A stretch of DNA of 64,000 bases from Dictyostelium discoideum (Eukaryota). Where the stretch lies: positions 2,368,001-2,432,000 of the forward strand of contig CM000153.2 of the NCBI GenBank assembly GCA_000004695.1, given 5' to 3'. A program made the translations under genes and the position numbers. This document shows, in pieces, positions 59,629-64,000 of this stretch. The notes beneath the pieces were generated by a model. It had not been told where the DNA came from, made no database searches, and saw only the letters and a program-made list of their open reading frames with translations. Every line of letters begins with the position of its first letter. Positions within the stretch are counted from its first letter, which is position 1.

Positions 59629-62600
59629 GTTTGAACAACCATTTTGAATTGATAAATCATTTAAATAAGAAGTAATAATTTCGCAAGCTCTTGGTATTAT
59701 AATATTAACTGTTATATCAGCAGATACACCATAATCCCTAAGATTATTAATGATAGGATCAGATTTCAATGATGGATCTTTGACGAAATCAATTAAAGAT
59801 GATAAATAGAATGACATATAATTTGCAATTCTTAAATGACAATGATTATTGAAAAATGATTCTCTGCACTCTTGATCATCAATATAGAATGCTATACCAG
59901 GCAAAAGGAAACAAAGATAATAACCAAATTCGTCACGGTATTGTAAAAGATATTGCAATATGAAATGAAGTGATAACTTTAAGTTTGAAGACATTGATTT
60001 AGTTTCCTCTGCAATCCATAACCCTAATAATTTGACACTACCAATCACCAATTGATTTGGTTTAACCTCTGGTGTTTCCTCTGCAACTTGTTTTAAATAA
60101 TTCAATATAATTGATATTGATTCAACTAAAATATCATTGATTTTACCAAATGTATCAATTGAAAATATTGCAATATTTGATTTCTTAATTTTATTATTAT
60201 TATTATTATTATTTGATGGCGATGTTGTTGGTGGTGTTGGTGTTAATGATGATGCTTCAATTGTCACATTTGAATTAAAAGTATTACTATCATCAAAATA
60301 AGTTGTTAAGAATAAAACTGTATTTTCAATAGAAAGATAACAAGAAGATAATAATGATTCATTTTGTTTACTAATTACTTCTTCAAGTAAAAGGATCATA
60401 TGAATTTCAGATCTAATCATTTGTAAAGATAATAATAAGAACTTCTCTGATGAAATCATTAATTGATTGAGTTGGTCTGATGATTTCATGAATAACCATT
60501 TACCACCTAAAACATCCAATAACATTGAATAGAAAATGATTGAATTATTTCTCCATTCCTGTTTTAATTTCTTACTTGAAAATATTGAATACAATCCAAT
60601 CATTAAATTATCCCTCCATGACATTATTCTATCATTTATTATCTTTTTATTAAAATCACTAAAATCTTCAAAATCTTCTTCAAAATTAATATCATTATTA
60701 TTATTATTATTTAAATCACTATGTTTTTGTTTTGAATTATTATTATTAATATTATTATTATTATTTTCATTATCATTATTAATTTCATTTGATTTGTTTT
60801 GAGTTGTTATTAAATTATTTACAGATGAAAATAGTGAAATAAAAGATTGAGTTGTAATATCTTGATGATGAGTAAAGATTGGTATGAGTATTGATAGAAT
60901 TGAAAATTTAAATTCATCGAATCTTTCCCTAAAAATAATTGATAATGGTTCAATTAGAATTAAATCATTGTTTCTGTTTGGCCGGCTACTATTATTCTTT
61001 TCATTACTACTACTATTTGATTTATTTTTCTTTTTTTTATTATTATTACTATTTTCATTTATAGATTCATTATTATTATTATCATTAGTTACTTCATCTG
61101 TTATAGTAGTAGTATTATTTGAAGTAGTAGTAGAAGTTGTTGTTGTAGTTGTTGTTGTGGTTGTTGTAGTTGTTGTTGAATTTGAATTTTTATTATTAAT
61201 ATTATTAATATTATTTGTATTAAGTAACGATGGTAATATTGTTGAAGATAATGGTAATGATTTTCTTTGAATATTGTAAACAACCAACAACACTAAGTTT
61301 ATAGTCAATTGAAATGTATTTGATAATACAATAATTGTTTGCTCTCTCTTTTTTTGTGCTATTCTTTCTTCTTCCTCTGAATCTAATTCTGATGAATCTG
61401 AATATTCTTCTTCACTATCATCTTCGTCCTCATAACTGCTATCATCTTCGTCATCATCATCTTCTTCTTCTTCTGTAATATCTTCATCATCACTATCTTT
61501 AACTACTAATTTCGCCTCTACTTCCTCGACGATATCATCGTCATCATCTTTTACTTGAACACTAGGATTACTTGTATTATTTGTGTTTATAGTTGTAAAC
61601 TTTTTAGAGATATTATGAATATATAAAATAAAGTCACACAATAATCTTAAATTCTCTACACTTGATAATGTATCTAAAACTGAATTATATTTATTTGTTT
61701 TCGAAGATATTGCCTCTGTTTTATCATTATCAGACTTATTTGATTTCTCTTTAATTATATTATTGTTATTACTACTACTACTATTACTATTATCACCATT
61801 ACAATTATTATTTAAATTTGAAGAAGAAACATTTGTTTTTGAAGAAGAGTTCTTTTTTAATACCTTTAGTTCCTCTCTAAGTGTATTTTCAAATAAACAT
61901 AATGAATATAAAGTTTGAACTGATTCATATAATAAATCTACATTTGATGACTCACTATATAGATGATAAATGTAAAAATGTATTAAAATTTATATATGTA
62001 TATATAGGTTTGTGATGGCTTTTGATATTAAAAATCCTACCTTTCAATTGAACGTTTTAAAATCATTGGAACTATTTGAACGGTTAACGGATGATAAAGG
62101 ATATTAAATAAAATTGAAGTTTTAGGTGTCGGTATTGGTTTTGAATTTTCTGTTGTTGCTGTTGTTGTTGTTGTTGTTGCTGATATTGTATCAGAAACTT
62201 TTACCTGTTGATCATTTGATGCTGTAATACCATCATCATCAAAATTTGCTCTTTTATTATTATTATTATTATTATTATTTTCATTGCTGTTATTACTATT
62301 ATCAGTTCGTTTTGTATCATTTTTATCATCCTCTTCTTCTTCCCCTTCTAATGGTTGTTGAACTGTACAAAATGTTGAAAGTATTGCAATTGATAAATTT
62401 ACATATGAAATAGACTCGACACCTTTTTATTATTATTATTATTATTATTATTAAATTATTATTTGGTTAGAACATAATATTAGCTATCTTACTACTACTA
62501 CAACTAAGGTTAAATGTAGATTTATATAATACATACCAGGTACTTTTGGAGTTTGTAATAATCTATAAAGGAAATCTAAACCTAATGAAGAATATACTTT

Positions 62601-62729
62601 ACTTAATGACTTATAGTCATTTGGTTTTATTAAATTCTTTACCAATATGATTCCAACAAATTTCTCTTCATCAACTTTACTTGATAACAAGTTTAAACAA
62701 GTTTGAAATGATGAATCTGTTGAATTCAT
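58750..62729 (-). CDS. Neurochondrin-like protein with long poly-N, poly-T and acidic inserts; at least 4 exons, including approx 62520..62729, about 62100..62420, about 61870..61960 and 58750..61700
   Basis: N-terminus MNSTDSSFQTCLNLLSSKVDEEKFVGIILVKNLIKP matches the neurochondrin N-terminus [71 protein letters not shown] matches [33 protein letters not shown]. Overall armadillo-like helical repeat character. Confidence 0.5.
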
Positions 62730-62795
62730 ATCTACAATTATCTATAATATCGTTGTTTTTTTTTTTTTTTTTTAAAAAAAATTATTATTATTTAT

Positions 62796-62840
62796 TTATT
62801 TATTTGTTTATTTATTTATTTATTTATTTATTTATTCTTT
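62796..62840. repeat. (ATTT)n / (TTTATTTG)n microsatellite
   Basis: Read directly. Confidence 0.85.
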
Positions 62841-63298
62841 GTGTAGTGAGAGAAAAAAAAAAAATAAAAAATAAAAAATACAAAAAAATAAAAAAAAAAT
62901 AAAATAGATAAAAATTATAATAATTAATATTAAATAAATTCTATTTGCAGATTACGGAAATTTAAAAATAAAAAAAATGGGAATGGAAAAAAAAAAAAAA
63001 AAAATAAAAATAAAAATGAAAAATGAAAAAATAAAAATGGTATTATTTAAATTATGTATGTATATAATTTAAGTTAGATTATATTTATATAGTGTAGTTT
63101 ATAATGCGAATGATGAATGGATATATATTAATATATTTATACCTTCACTTGTGTGTGTTAAATTAAATTTAATTTTTTTTTAATGTTATTTTTGTTTTTA
63201 TTTTTTAATTTTTTTTTTTATTTTTATTTTTTATTTTTATTTTTATTTTTATTTTTTTTTTTTATTTTTTTTTCTTTTTTTTTTTCCAATTTTCACTT

Positions 63299-63330
<32 letters not shown>

Positions 63331-63735
63331 CTTTTTCGAAATTCATTTCCTTTTTTTATTTTTAACTCTAAACCTATCATAATATTATTATTATTATCAT
63401 ATAGAATATCATTGAATTTGATTTTTGATAATTTGCTTAAATTTACCATTGTAATTTGTAAAAAAAATGAGATTATTTAAAAAAAAAAAAAAAAATATAA
63501 TCCAATAAAATCAATTTTCTGGTTTTTTTTTTTTTATATAAAATAATATATTCCCTCTTGTTGTTCCTTAAAATAAAAAAACAATTACAAAAAAAATGAA
63601 TGATAAATAATCAAGTTCTAAAAATAAATTTATTTTTTGACAAAAAAAAAAAAAAAAAAAAAATGAAAATAATTTTTTTTTTTTTTTTTTTTTTTTTTTT
63701 GATTTAATATTTTTTAAAAAAAGGTTAAAATAAAA

Positions 63736-63933
63736 TGAAAGCAACAAATAGTAATATTAAAAAAGCCATCCAAACCATTTTGAAAAAACAAATACCTGGA
63801 AAATTATGGATTATTGATGAAATGGTTTCAAATTTGGAAAATCTTCAAATCAAGGATTGTTCAAAAGGTTGTGATAATTTGGTTTATTTAGTTTCATTGA
63901 AAAATGAAAATAATAATATTAAAAATGGTGATG

Positions 63934-63965
<32 letters not shown>

Positions 63966-64000
63966 GATGAGGAAAAAATTATTATAAGAATACCAAAACT
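63736..64000 (+). CDS. 5' part of a protein-coding gene running off the window end (MKATNSNIKKAIQTILKKQIPGKLWIIDEMVSNLENLQIKDCSKGCDNLVYLVSLK...)
   Basis: ORF opens at ATG 63736 in AAAATG context and is still open at 64000. No family recognised. Confidence 0.4.

Overview
The window is eukaryotic nuclear DNA of Dictyostelium discoideum type. It is about 78% A+T, with long poly(A)/poly(T) tracts. AAT/ATT microsatellites encode poly-Asn/Gln inside genes. Introns are short (about 70-150 bp) with GTAAGT/GTATGT donors and TTTAG/ATAG acceptors. ATG context is AAAAATG. I could support about 19 protein-coding genes from the six-frame track plus my own splice-site reading. Exon boundaries are hand-derived and approximate to +/-1-3 nt. 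The genes are: (1) a secreted GPI-type mucin-like repeat protein; (2) an enolase-superfamily (MR/MLE) enzyme; (3) a TBC RabGAP with an EF-hand; (4) DNA polymerase beta; (5) a protein with a PsbP/DcrB-like N-terminus; (6) a TIPIN/Csm3-like protein; (7) a class I terpene synthase downstream of a 5 kb ORF-free region; (8) coatomer beta; (9) a HAD-IIA phosphatase; (10) an IQ-motif RhoGEF; (11) a giant poly-N ankyrin-repeat protein; (12) three tandem 4-coumarate-CoA-ligase-like paralogs plus an orphan exon 1; (13) exocyst Sec8; (14) MutS homolog MSH5; (15) a neurochondrin-like protein; (16) a 5' gene fragment at the window end. The window also holds a roughly 3.5 kb degenerate mobile element. Its integrase-type (rve, HHCC + DDE) ORF is split by introns and an assembly gap of 90 N. 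I found no rRNA, no tRNA, no CRISPR and no prokaryotic-style operon or defence system. The most unusual material is in the 4CL array: segmental duplication with mosaic divergence, duplicated promoter modules, and orphan exon and promoter copies. Also notable are small intergenic elements (a tandem DUSE-like motif, a tandem 57-bp repeat, a T-loop hairpin) that could be unannotated ncRNA loci, and CA/GT-rich islands in two long ORF-free regions.
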